From Frankiales bacterium (GTDB lineage Bacteria > Actinomycetota > Actinomycetes > JAFAQI01), in NCBI GenBank assembly GCA_025980325.1, contig JAICXQ010000003.1:18798-82797 (forward strand): a stretch of DNA of 64,000 nt, read 5' to 3'. The notes under the pieces were generated by a model. It made no database searches. It had not been told where the DNA came from and saw only the letters and a list, made by a program, of their open reading frames with translations. The position numbers and the translations under genes are program-made. Positions 46,567 through 55,869 of this stretch are shown in pieces. Each line of letters opens with the position of its first letter. Position 1 is the first letter of the stretch.

Positions 46567-49274
46567 GGCCTCCCTCTCGTTCGCGGCGGTGGCGATCGGC
46601 GGGCAAGCACCGGCGCAACCCTGCGCGCGAGACCGAGGCTCGCCGCGCAGCTGAGCATCGCGAGGGTGCCGAGCACCGGCGCGTTCACCGGCACCGCCGG
46701 ACGCCGGCGGACGCGGACCATGGCATTGCCGTCGGCCGCGTCGAGTTGGTTCTGGGCCCGGGCCAGCGCGAGCTGGAGCTGTTGCTGGCGCTGGGGCACG
46801 ACGACGCCCTGCGCGATGGCCTGCGACTGCGGCTGTGCCTGGCCTTGCACGGCCGGGTTGGGGGCGGGCGCCGGACCCGGCGCACCAGCCGTGAGCGGGT
46901 TCGCGATCGGGTTCGCCGGCACCGCCGGTGGTGGCGGCGGCGGGGCGAGCAGCGCGGCGGGGCGTGGCGGGTGAATGACCGCGGCATGGGTCCCGACGAC
47001 GGTGAGCGCCGCGCGGGTGGTCGCCGGGTAGAGCGCGGAGTCACCCGGGAAGCTGGCCTGTACCGGAACGACGGTCTTGCCGTTCGCGGTCAGCGGCGCG
47101 AGGTAGGGCAGGCAGAGCCGGCCGAGCAGATCGGTCTGGCCGTTGCCCACGACGAGCCCGGCGGCGGTGACGGTGATCGGCCGGTTGGCGGCGGGCGCTC
47201 CGGTCGTCGCGTTGACGAGTCGGGCGCACAGCGCGCTGGTGGTGCCTTGATGAACGGTCCCGGCCGTGCTCAGGAGGAGCCGGGCCGGCATCGGGCAGTA
47301 CCCCACCGGTACGCCGTAACCGGTGACCGTTCCGGGCAACGAGTCCCGGATCCACACGGCTGTCTGCGGGAAGAAGGTCTGGGTGTCGCAGGCCATCGCG
47401 TCGTTCTCGGCGGTGCTTTCCGAGTACCGGCGATGGCTGTAGGTCCCGACGAGGTTGCAGTGCCGGTCGATGCGGAACAGCGTGGTGTCGCTCTCGCCCT
47501 GGATGTAGCCGCCACCGTCGCCGGCGGCGACGTACGTCGACACCCGGTCGCCGTCGGGCACGATCACCGTGCAGACCCGCTGACTTGCGGCCGGACCGCC
47601 GGTCATGGTGTCGCGGTAGAGGAGGCTTCCGTCCTCCGGCACCCACGAGAGTCCGTCGATGAACGAGTCGTAACTCGGCACGCCCGTCGGCGCCGCGCCG
47701 AGCGACACGAGCCGTTTGCGGCCGAGGCCGTAGGCGACCAACTCCCCCGGCCGAGTGGTGATGATGAGCCTGTTTCGCTTGAGGTCGAAGCTCAACGACA
47801 AGATGTTCAAGTCGGTATGGATGACGCCGAGGTACCGGCCCGTGTCCGCTTGGATCACACCGACGTCGCCTGGGATCTGCTGGTCGTAGTAGAGCGCGGT
47901 CCCGCTGAACGCCACCGCGCCGCTGGCGGTGTTCGCATCCGGCAACAGCCAGGTCGCGAGCTCGGACAGCGGCCGGCCGGGCGGCCCGACCGGATTGGCG
48001 GGCAGTCCGGGCAGCGAGGGCAGCAACGACGTGGAGGCCGAGCCGTTGTTCGCGGTGGCCTGGTAGCCGTCGAGGACCAGCCGGTAGATTCCGGCGCTGC
48101 CGCCGCAGTCGACGAGGAACGTCGCCGGCACCAGCGCGTCGCGACGCAAACCCCGGGGCGCGCATCCGGACGGCAGACCCGGCAGTCCGGCGAACTGAGT
48201 CGTCGCCGCAGTGGACAGGGCGGTCCCGGTCGGCGTCTGCACGACGATCGCGCTCGCGGCGTCCGGGGCGGTGCGGATCGCGCTCGCCGAGGTGGAGCTG
48301 ATCGTCGTCCAGCTCGAACCGTCGTCGACACTGCTCATCACGCCCTGATTCGTGGCGAGCAGGATCACCACGCCGCCCCCGGGCGCAGGGGTGATGGTGA
48401 TGTCGGACACGGTCGCGTTCGCGCAGCACGCCTGGCTGAACGACTGGCCTCCGTCGACCGACACCCACGCACCGCCGCCGGCGGCGCCAGGGGTGATGTC
48501 GTTGACCCAGATCTCGTCGGCGCTCGTCGGGTTGACCGCGACGACGGTGGGAGTGAGGTCGGCCGCCCCGGGCAACGGATGGAACGTCGCGCCGCCGTCG
48601 TCGCTCTTGACGAGCATCCCCGGCGCGCCCGCCGCCTGGGCGGCCGGCAACGCGTGTTCCGGATGCGCGACGACGTAGAGATAAGGAGTGGGAGCCCCCT
48701 TGACGTAGTGGGTGGCGGTGGCGGCGGCGAGCGCGCCGGTCTCGACGCTGACCGGAAGCGGCTCGGCAACGGTCTCGTCGACCGGCGACTGGTCGACCGA
48801 TGCTTCGAGGCTGAGCATCGCGGGCGCGAACGTCATCCCGCCGTTGTGGCTGACCAGCAGCCGCGGCAAGGGCGACCCGGGCACCGAGGTGTCCGGCCCG
48901 ACGGCGAGCACGGGTGCGGGGCCGCCGCCGCGGTTCGACTGCACCGTCAGGCCTTCGGTGAAGATCCCCGAAACCGGCGGCTGGCCGTCGAGGTGACGCC
49001 ACACCCGGCCCCCGTCGTCACTGCGCCACAGCCCGTGGTCGGCGTCGGCGCCGACGAGGGTGCACGGGTCGTCGTCCAGCTGACCGGCCGAGACCAGGCG
49101 TACGCCGGGCGGCTGCGGCAGCGGGCTCCATCGATTCATCGGGACACCGGACGGGTAGCGGCACGTACCCGCCGCGGTCGCGGTCCTGCCGACGATCGTG
49201 GCCGCCGCGCACACGAGCAACAGCACGAGGACGCGGCTCAGCAGTCGCGTGGTGAGAGGTGCGCGCTGGGTCAT
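46563..49274 (-). CDS. Large surface protein: Asp-box propeller, second propeller, Ig-like domain, Pro/Gln-rich linker, TM, Arg tail
   Basis: SDDGGRVW, SHNGGMTF, SDDGGATF, SVDGGQSF, SVDDGSSW; ASFPGD Ig-like strand; QAQPQSQ..QRQQQLQLAL; TM then RR. Confidence 0.85.
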   Translation of the reverse strand: MTQRAPLTTRLLSRVLVLLLVCAAATIVGRTATAAGTCRYPSGVPMNRWSPLPQPPGVRLVSAGQLDDDPCTLVGADADHGLWRSDDGGRVWRHLDGQPPVSGIFTEGLTVQSNRGGGPAPVLAVGPDTSVPGSPLPRLLVSHNGGMTFAPAMLSLEASVDQSPVDETVAEPLPVSVETGALAAATATHYVKGAPTPYLYVVAHPEHALPAAQAAGAPGMLVKSDDGGATFHPLPGAADLTPTVVAVNPTSADEIWVNDITPGAAGGGAWVSVDGGQSFSQACCANATVSDITITPAPGGGVVILLATNQGVMSSVDDGSSWTTISSTSASAIRTAPDAASAIVVQTPTGTALSTAATTQFAGLPGLPSGCAPRGLRRDALVPATFLVDCGGSAGIYRLVLDGYQATANNGSASTSLLPSLPGLPANPVGPPGRPLSELATWLLPDANTASGAVAFSGTALYYDQQIPGDVGVIQADTGRYLGVIHTDLNILSLSFDLKRNRLIITTRPGELVAYGLGRKRLVSLGAAPTGVPSYDSFIDGLSWVPEDGSLLYRDTMTGGPAASQRVCTVIVPDGDRVSTYVAAGDGGGYIQGESDTTLFRIDRHCNLVGTYSHRRYSESTAENDAMACDTQTFFPQTAVWIRDSLPGTVTGYGVPVGYCPMPARLLLSTAGTVHQGTTSALCARLVNATTGAPAANRPITVTAAGLVVGNGQTDLLGRLCLPYLAPLTANGKTVVPVQASFPGDSALYPATTRAALTVVGTHAAVIHPPRPAALLAPPPPPPAVPANPIANPLTAGAPGPAPAPNPAVQGQAQPQSQAIAQGVVVPQRQQQLQLALARAQNQLDAADGNAMVRVRRRPAVPVNAPVLGTLAMLSCAASLGLARRVAPVLARRSPPPRTRGRP

Positions 49275-49280
49275 CAGGCA

Positions 49281-50828
49281 CTAGCCCGCGTAGGCCCGGA
49301 CGAGATCGAACTCCCCGGTGCCGCCGCACTGCGCCACGAGCCCCGCGCTCCGTTCGACCGGGCACGGGTCCGTGCTGACCTGCGTCGGCTGGTCGGCGAT
49401 CGAGAGGTACACATGGCGGCCGGCGGGATCGACGGCGGTCGCGACCGGCCACACCGAACCGAGCGAGCCGACACTGGTCGGGTCCCGGACGTCGTAGCGC
49501 GCCACCCACGCTTGCTTGCCGGCCGAGGTGAAGGCGACGACCACCGGATAACCGGCGTCGGCCGCGATCGGGCCGATGAGCCCGGCGACATAGAGCATGG
49601 TGCCGCGGGCGTTCACCGCGCCGGTTGTCGCCAATGCGGAATAGCTCCCGGTGGCGGAATAGCCGGCGGGGGCGTAGGTGGACAGCCACGTGCTGTGGCC
49701 GGTGCGAGTGTCGAGCGCCGTGGCGGCGAGCCCGCCGCTGCCCGACCCGACCAGGAACAACCGGTCGCCGTGCGGGCTGACCGTCCAGGCCACCGGCGTG
49801 ACCGCGCCGTTGCGAGCCACCCAGCGGGTCTGTCCCCGGCTCGTCGAATAGGCGACGACGAGCGGCTGCGTCACCGGGCTGGTCGAGGTGCCGAACGTCG
49901 CGGTGCCGGCCACGAACACCTGGTCGTTGCGCGGGCTGATGGCGATGCCGGCGGGCTGATGATCCGAGCCCAGATGTGTGATCGCCCGCCAGTTCTGCCG
50001 GCCCGTACGAGCGTCGTAGCGAATCACGGCCTGGTCGTAGACGTGCACACCGGTCGTCTCGGCATGCTCGCTCGTTCCGGCGACGTATACGGCGCGGCCG
50101 TCGGGCGACAGCGACAGGCCGACGGGCGAGTTCTGGCCGCCCGCGAGGCCGCCGTACCGGGAGAGCCACAGCTGGCGTCCGTTGCGCAACGAGTACGCGA
50201 TCGTGATCCATTCGATGTACGGCCGCTGGAAGCCGGCGCTGTACTGGCTGTTGCCGGTGACGATGACCTCCTGGCGCTGCGCGTCGATGGTCATGGCCAC
50301 CGGCACGTTGGTCTCGCCACCCAGCCGGTAGATGGCGGACCAGACCGCCCGGCCGTTCGACGTCGAGTACGCCGTCGTCAACCAATAGACCAGCACCTTG
50401 GCGTTGAGGTTCGGCTGGTAGTTGACCGTGCCGGTCACGAGGACGAGCGACTGGTCCGGCGTCAGTGCGAGCGACGTCGCTGCGGTCGTCAGCGAGGTCG
50501 GTGCGTGAGCCAACCAGATGGTGCCGCCGTTCGAGGTGCTCAGTGCCGCGACGGTCACATGCGGCTGGCTCTGGCCGACATAGCTCGTGGTCGCGACATA
50601 GATCCGGTCGCCACGGCGATCGACGACCGTGCCGGCCGGAACGTCGCTGACCGGCGAGCCGTCCGGACTGCGGTCGTTGAACGAGCGCGACCACTGTTCG
50701 CACCGGTCGTTGAACCCCGACACTTGGTTCACGCAGACGGCCAGCGGCGCGCCGTAGCCCGTCGGCGCGAACGGCAGCAGGATCCCGGCGACAACCAACG
50801 CCGCCGGTAACCGGGAATGCGTGAACAT
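49281..50828 (-). CDS. Secreted PQQ-like beta-propeller protein
   Basis: Repeats AYST.NG..VW, AYSL.NG.QLW, YDARTG.QNW, SPDG.AVYVAG; Cys pairs at both termini. Confidence 0.85.
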   Translation of the reverse strand: MFTHSRLPAALVVAGILLPFAPTGYGAPLAVCVNQVSGFNDRCEQWSRSFNDRSPDGSPVSDVPAGTVVDRRGDRIYVATTSYVGQSQPHVTVAALSTSNGGTIWLAHAPTSLTTAATSLALTPDQSLVLVTGTVNYQPNLNAKVLVYWLTTAYSTSNGRAVWSAIYRLGGETNVPVAMTIDAQRQEVIVTGNSQYSAGFQRPYIEWITIAYSLRNGRQLWLSRYGGLAGGQNSPVGLSLSPDGRAVYVAGTSEHAETTGVHVYDQAVIRYDARTGRQNWRAITHLGSDHQPAGIAISPRNDQVFVAGTATFGTSTSPVTQPLVVAYSTSRGQTRWVARNGAVTPVAWTVSPHGDRLFLVGSGSGGLAATALDTRTGHSTWLSTYAPAGYSATGSYSALATTGAVNARGTMLYVAGLIGPIAADAGYPVVVAFTSAGKQAWVARYDVRDPTSVGSLGSVWPVATAVDPAGRHVYLSIADQPTQVSTDPCPVERSAGLVAQCGGTGEFDLVRAYAG

Positions 50829-50847
50829 CCGATGACTCCGTCCTGCG

Positions 50848-53121
50848 CTACACGGCAGCCAGGCTGGCGTGGTTGCGCTGAGCGTTCAGCGCGACCTCGA
50901 AGTCGTTCATGGTGATGGTGATCCCGCTCTTCGGCGTACGACCGTTGCGGGTGACTCGGTTGAGCGCCTTCCGCCCGGCACTGTCGCGCAGCCGCTTGAG
51001 ATCGGCGCCCGACATCCCTTCGGTGCCGGGGATGAGTGAACGCAGGTTGACCGTCTTCGCGAGGTTCACCTCCCGGCACAGCAGTTGCAGCAACTGCAAC
51101 CGCGCCGGCGCGTCCGGCAGACCTACCTCGACGGGCTCGAGCCGACGGCCGACGACGGCTTCGTCGATGGTGTCGATCCGGTTGGTGGCGCCGACGAGCA
51201 GCACACCGTCACCGCCCTTGAGCCCGTCCAGTTCGCGAAGGAACTGGGAGAGCACGCGCTCCTCCCATTTCGCGTTCGAGTCGCCCGACCGCCGGCGCAG
51301 GAGTGCGTCGATCTCGTCGATGAAGATGATCGAGGGCCGGTTGGCTCGTGCTTGGGTGAACAATTTGGCGACCCGCTGCTCGGACTCTCCGGCCCACTTG
51401 CTGAGCAGGTCGGCCGCACTCATCTCGTAGAAGCTGGCCTGGATCTGACTGGCCATGGCTTTCGCGATCGTCGTCTTGCCCGTACCCGGAGGGCCGAAGA
51501 GCAAGACGCCGGCCGGCGGCTGGATCCCGACCTGGCGGGCGAGTTCGGGACGGGTGAAGATCGTGAGCACTTCCATGACCCGTTCCCGGGTCTCCTCGGC
51601 GAGTACGACGTCGGGCCAGCCGACGGTGTGCTCGAGGCTGAGCCGGTGCTGGCCGCCCCGATCCGCGATGGCCTGCGCGAGCACCTCCTGCGTGATCGGT
51701 GCTCCGTCCCGCAGCGCCGCCTGGGCAGCGAGCGAGACGACCGTCTCCAGCGCCGCGGCGTTGTAGCCGTGCGTGACGCGGGACAGCGCCGCGAGATCCA
51801 GGGTGGCCCAGTCGACGGCGTCGCCGCGGCGCCGCAGGTGCACGTCGAGGACGGTGACCCGGTCGTCCGGATCCGGCAGCGGGACGTGAATCTTGGCGTC
51901 GAACCGCCCTTCGCGCAGTGCCGGATCGAGCCGGTCCAGATCGTTGGTGCCGGCGGCGATGATCAGGCCCGGGACGTTGCGGTACTCCTCGAGGCAGACC
52001 ATCAACTGGGTGACGACCTCTCGGTGATCGGCCGACGGCTGGTCACCGCGATCGGAGGCGATGGTGTCGATCTCGTCGAGGTAGAGGACGCACGGAGCGT
52101 TTCGCTTGCCGAGCTCGAAGAGCTGGCGAAGGTTGGTCGCGGCTTCGTGGATGTACGCGCTCGCGATGCTCGCCGGCGAGAACCGCAGGTAGCGCAACCC
52201 GTACTCGCCGGCGAGGGCCCGGCTCAGCAGGTTCTTGCCGGTGCCGGGTGGGCCGTAGAACAGGATGCCGTTGTGCACGACCTGGTAGCGCGCGGCTTCG
52301 TCCGGACGTTCGAGGATGGCGCCGACCGATTCGCGCAACGCGCGCTTGACCTTCTCCAGCCCGCCGACATCGGCGAAGGTCTCGCACTCGGCGGGCGGCA
52401 GTACGCGTAGTCGGTTGTCCCGTCCCACGGTTGAGTTGTTGTCCAGTCCGGGCGCGACGCGGATCTGGCTGCCCAACAGGTCGGCCGCGAGCCGGTATCC
52501 GGCGGTCTGCCGTTGACGCAGCCGGGCGGCCGCCTCTGCCGCGGCGAGCGGCCCGTCGTCGGGCTTGACGTGGTCGAGCTGGACCTTGGCCTGACGGCAC
52601 TCGGCGACGTTCTCCTCGAGCCGGGCCAACCCCTCGGTTCCGACCGCACACGTGGCCATCGCACGGTTCAACGCGACGATGAAGCGGCGGCCGGAGATGG
52701 TCAGCTCGTGCTCGGCCGCCTCGACCGCCGTACCCGCCGCGCCGAAGTCGAGCCGGTCGACCGCGTCCCGAGCCTCGGCGAGCCGGGCCAACGCGACCTG
52801 TGCGTGCTTGAGTTCGCCCTCGGCTTTGCCCAGCAGATCCGGGATTCTGGCCGCGACGAGCCGCTCGAAACCCTCGGCCATGTCCTCGACCGACTGGCGG
52901 AGCACGGCGAGCACTTGGACCGCCTCGTCGCGCGCCGCGTGTTCCTCGGCCGACCAGGTTGCCTCCAGCGCGGCTTTCGCCTGGCGTCGGCGTAACCGCG
53001 GAATCGACGCGAGCTCCGCGTCCTTCTCCACGCGGTGCAGGACGTCCCGCTGAGTCAGTCGGGCGGCGTGCCGACGGTAGTGCAGGACGTCGGGATTGCG
53101 CGCAGCGGACGAGCGTGGCAC
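50848..53121 (-). CDS. Double-AAA (CDC48/p97-like) ATPase with N-terminal helical/coiled-coil region
   Basis: D1 GPPGTGKN, LYLDEID, LDPALREGRFD; D2 GPPGTGKT, SKWAGESE, IFIDEID, GATNR. Confidence 0.92.
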   Translation of the reverse strand: MPRSSAARNPDVLHYRRHAARLTQRDVLHRVEKDAELASIPRLRRRQAKAALEATWSAEEHAARDEAVQVLAVLRQSVEDMAEGFERLVAARIPDLLGKAEGELKHAQVALARLAEARDAVDRLDFGAAGTAVEAAEHELTISGRRFIVALNRAMATCAVGTEGLARLEENVAECRQAKVQLDHVKPDDGPLAAAEAAARLRQRQTAGYRLAADLLGSQIRVAPGLDNNSTVGRDNRLRVLPPAECETFADVGGLEKVKRALRESVGAILERPDEAARYQVVHNGILFYGPPGTGKNLLSRALAGEYGLRYLRFSPASIASAYIHEAATNLRQLFELGKRNAPCVLYLDEIDTIASDRGDQPSADHREVVTQLMVCLEEYRNVPGLIIAAGTNDLDRLDPALREGRFDAKIHVPLPDPDDRVTVLDVHLRRRGDAVDWATLDLAALSRVTHGYNAAALETVVSLAAQAALRDGAPITQEVLAQAIADRGGQHRLSLEHTVGWPDVVLAEETRERVMEVLTIFTRPELARQVGIQPPAGVLLFGPPGTGKTTIAKAMASQIQASFYEMSAADLLSKWAGESEQRVAKLFTQARANRPSIIFIDEIDALLRRRSGDSNAKWEERVLSQFLRELDGLKGGDGVLLVGATNRIDTIDEAVVGRRLEPVEVGLPDAPARLQLLQLLCREVNLAKTVNLRSLIPGTEGMSGADLKRLRDSAGRKALNRVTRNGRTPKSGITITMNDFEVALNAQRNHASLAAV

Positions 53122-55320
53122 TTAGACCTCCTTCACACCGACGAGGACCTTGCCCCCGCGGTGACCATTGCGCGAACGCGTGAGCACGCTGCCGAACATC
53201 TCCATCTCGGGCTGGACGTCGGTCAGCAGATCTTCGAGGGCTTGGCCCTCCAGCGTTTCCTGTTCCTCCAGCCGTTCGGCGAGCGTGTCCAACGTGGACC
53301 GGTGGGTGAGGAGCAGCTGCCCGGCCTCCCGCTGTGCGTCCTCGATGACCCGGCGGATCTCGGCGTCGACTTCCTGATGGGTCAGCCCGGACACGGAGCC
53401 GAGCTGTACGTCCGCCTCGAGGAACTCGTCGACATCGGCGGCGAGCAGGCGGACCTTGCCGAGCTTGTCGCTCATGCCGTAGCGGCCGACCATGTCGCGC
53501 GCGAGCATCGTCGCCTCGACCAGGTCCTGCTCCGCGCCGGTGGACGGCTCGCCGAAGACGATCTCCTCGGCTGCCACTCCGGCGAGGTGGATCGCGAGTC
53601 GATGTTGCAGCTGGGTGCGGGTGAGGACGGCGACCTCTTCGTCGGATGCGAACGTCGCTTTGCCGAGGTTGCGGCCGCCGGTCAGGATGGACACGCGGTG
53701 CACGTCTTCGAACCGGCCCGTGGCCGCGGCGACGACGACGTGACCGCTTTCGTGGTAGGCGATCCGCTTGCGCTCCTCGGTCGTCAGGCTCCGGGTGCGC
53801 CGTACCGTGCCGTTGAGCGCGCGCTGGACGCCCTCCTCCATGTCGACGGCCTCGATCTCGTCCTTTCCTTGCCGGATCGCGAGCAACGCGGATTCGTTGA
53901 TGACGTTCGCGAGATCGGCACCGGAGAATCCGGGAGTACGGCGCGCGAGACCGAGGAAGTCGACGTCCGGGGCCAGCGGCTTGCCGCGCGAGTGCAACTC
54001 GAGGATCTTGGCGCGCCCGGCGAGGTCCGGTCGCTCGACCGTGATGTGGCGGTCGAACCGACCGGGACGCAGCAACGCCGGGTCGAGGATGTCAGGCCGG
54101 TTCGTCGCGCCCATGACGACGATGCCGCTGGACACGTCGAAGCCGTCCATCTCGACGAGGATCTGGTTGAGCGTCTGCTCGCGCTCCTCGCTCCCCCCGC
54201 CCGCGCCGCCCTGGGCTCGCTTGCGGCCGGCGGCGTCGAGCTCGTCGATGAAGACCACCGCCGGTGCGACGGCGCGCACGCGACGGAACAGATCGCGAAC
54301 GCGAGCAGCGCCGACGCCGACCAGCGATTCGACGAACTCCGCGCCGGCGACCGAGAAGAACGGAACCCCGACCTCGCCGGCCACTGCCTTCGCGAGCAGC
54401 GTCTTGCCGCAGCCGGGCGGTCCGATGAGCAGGACGCCTCGCGGGGGCTGCGCGCCGAGCTGCTTGTAACGACCCGGATCGGCCAGGTAGTCGCGGACCT
54501 CCTTGAGCTCCTCGACTGCCTCGTCCGCACCCGCGACCTGGGCGAAGGTCACCGGAGTCTTCTTACGACGGCTGAACCGGCCCTTGCCGATCGAGCCGAA
54601 CAGTTCGACCTCGCCGATGCCGGACGCCGATCCGCGATTCGACGTGAACAGCAACACGAAGACGTTCGCGAGCATCAGCAGCGGCAGCACCAGTGTCGCG
54701 ATGATGCGCATCTCGCTCTTGCGCGTCTGTGTGTCGATGACGACGCGAGCGCCGCCGTCGGTGAGCAGCTGCATGAACAGCGGAGTCGCCGAGTCGCTCT
54801 TCGGATAGGCGACCCAGAACTTGGCAGTTCCCGTGACAACCGTTGCGGTCCTCGTCGGGTCGGGTGCCGGGTGCTGCTGTGGTTGGTTGGCCGACAACCG
54901 CATCGAATCGGCGCAGGTGGGCGAAGTCGCGCGCGGCGAGACGAACGGCGCCGTGGTGGTCGGCTGGTAGCCCTGGCTCGGTGTGGCGGTCGCGGGCGTC
55001 GTACAGGTGTATTCCCCGACGATCTGTGCGTCCTCGTCGCGGAATGTCGCCGACACGACCTGATGCTGGACGGCCAGGGCGCTCAACTGATCGACGGTGA
55101 TCTGGCGGCCCACCGGATGTGGTGCGAGATAGCCGAGGCTCAGGAAGAACAGCACGGCCAGGCCGGCGAGGGTGCCCATGAGCACGTACGTCTGCCGGCT
55201 TCGGGTCTTGCGCTTCGCGACCCGCGCGCGCCGCCATTGACGTACGGCGATCAACGTTTCGCGCTGGAGCCAGCGACCCGCGCGCACCCCGCTGCCACTC
55301 ACACGACTGAGCAGGTTCAC
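53122..55320 (-). CDS. ftsH: ATP-dependent zinc metalloprotease FtsH paralog
   Basis: Two TM, GPPGCGKT, FIDELD, EEREQTLNQILVEMDGF, ATNRPDILDPALLRPGRFDR, HESGH, TGAEQD. Confidence 0.93.
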   Translation of the reverse strand: MNLLSRVSGSGVRAGRWLQRETLIAVRQWRRARVAKRKTRSRQTYVLMGTLAGLAVLFFLSLGYLAPHPVGRQITVDQLSALAVQHQVVSATFRDEDAQIVGEYTCTTPATATPSQGYQPTTTAPFVSPRATSPTCADSMRLSANQPQQHPAPDPTRTATVVTGTAKFWVAYPKSDSATPLFMQLLTDGGARVVIDTQTRKSEMRIIATLVLPLLMLANVFVLLFTSNRGSASGIGEVELFGSIGKGRFSRRKKTPVTFAQVAGADEAVEELKEVRDYLADPGRYKQLGAQPPRGVLLIGPPGCGKTLLAKAVAGEVGVPFFSVAGAEFVESLVGVGAARVRDLFRRVRAVAPAVVFIDELDAAGRKRAQGGAGGGSEEREQTLNQILVEMDGFDVSSGIVVMGATNRPDILDPALLRPGRFDRHITVERPDLAGRAKILELHSRGKPLAPDVDFLGLARRTPGFSGADLANVINESALLAIRQGKDEIEAVDMEEGVQRALNGTVRRTRSLTTEERKRIAYHESGHVVVAAATGRFEDVHRVSILTGGRNLGKATFASDEEVAVLTRTQLQHRLAIHLAGVAAEEIVFGEPSTGAEQDLVEATMLARDMVGRYGMSDKLGKVRLLAADVDEFLEADVQLGSVSGLTHQEVDAEIRRVIEDAQREAGQLLLTHRSTLDTLAERLEEQETLEGQALEDLLTDVQPEMEMFGSVLTRSRNGHRGGKVLVGVKEV

Positions 55321-55385
55321 GCCCGACCTCCGGCTCTGTGGCGATGGATGAAGCCGCCGAAAACTGTGTGTCCGCTTCGATTTCG

Positions 55386-55452
55386 AGGTTAGGGAGAACG
55401 GGACACAAGGCCCAGGACTGCGGCTGGACAACACCTGGCCAGCCCGCTGCCA
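55386..55452 (-). promoter_or_regulatory. 11-bp phased heptamer array (site B) and TAACCT -10 upstream of the ftsH operon
   Basis: Plus strand CAGGACT/CTGGACA/CTGGCCA/GCTGCCA at 55413/55424/55435/55446. Confidence 0.7.
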
Positions 55453-55540
55453 AACTCTTCCGGCACGACGATCGGCGTCACTACCTTCCGCTCGGTCCCC
55501 ACCACGTACGAGCCAGGAGGCGCTGTGACGGTCGCGGCAC

Positions 55541-55858
55541 ATGCTCACGCCTGAGACGTGGGCGGAGATCCGCCGGCTACATCTTTCGGAGGGAGCGGGA
55601 ATACGGGAGATCGCGCGCCGCCTGGAGATATCGCGCGACACGGTGCGGCGAGCGCTGCGTTCGTCGGAGCCGCCGCGCTATCTGCGCCCTCGCCGACCGT
55701 CGCCATTGGACCTGCTCGAGCCGATGATCCGCGACGTGCTCGCCGCCCACCCCGAATATTCGTCGACACAAGTGTCCCGACGGGTCGGCTGGCAAGGATC
55801 GGGATCCGCGATGCGCGCGCGGATACGGCGAATCAAGTCAGCCGAACAGGACAGCTGA
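55541..55858 (+). mobile_element. IS21-family IstA N-terminal HTH only (105 aa), remnant or domesticated
   Basis: WAEIRRLH..EG..IREIARRL.ISRDTVRRAL.S..PP.Y.RP...S.LD; no DDE domain, no istB. Confidence 0.75.
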
Positions 55859-55869
55859 TGACGTTGCGC

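Noticed and set aside
46488-50810. 1440-aa plus-strand ORF (and similar long ORFs at 45507-46974, 53035-55392, 17980-20625, 55558-57531)
   Set aside because: Arg/Gly-rich antisense shadows of motif-supported genes on the opposite strand; expected in high-GC DNA.
55541-55858. Active IS21 element
   Set aside because: No catalytic domain, istB or terminal repeats.
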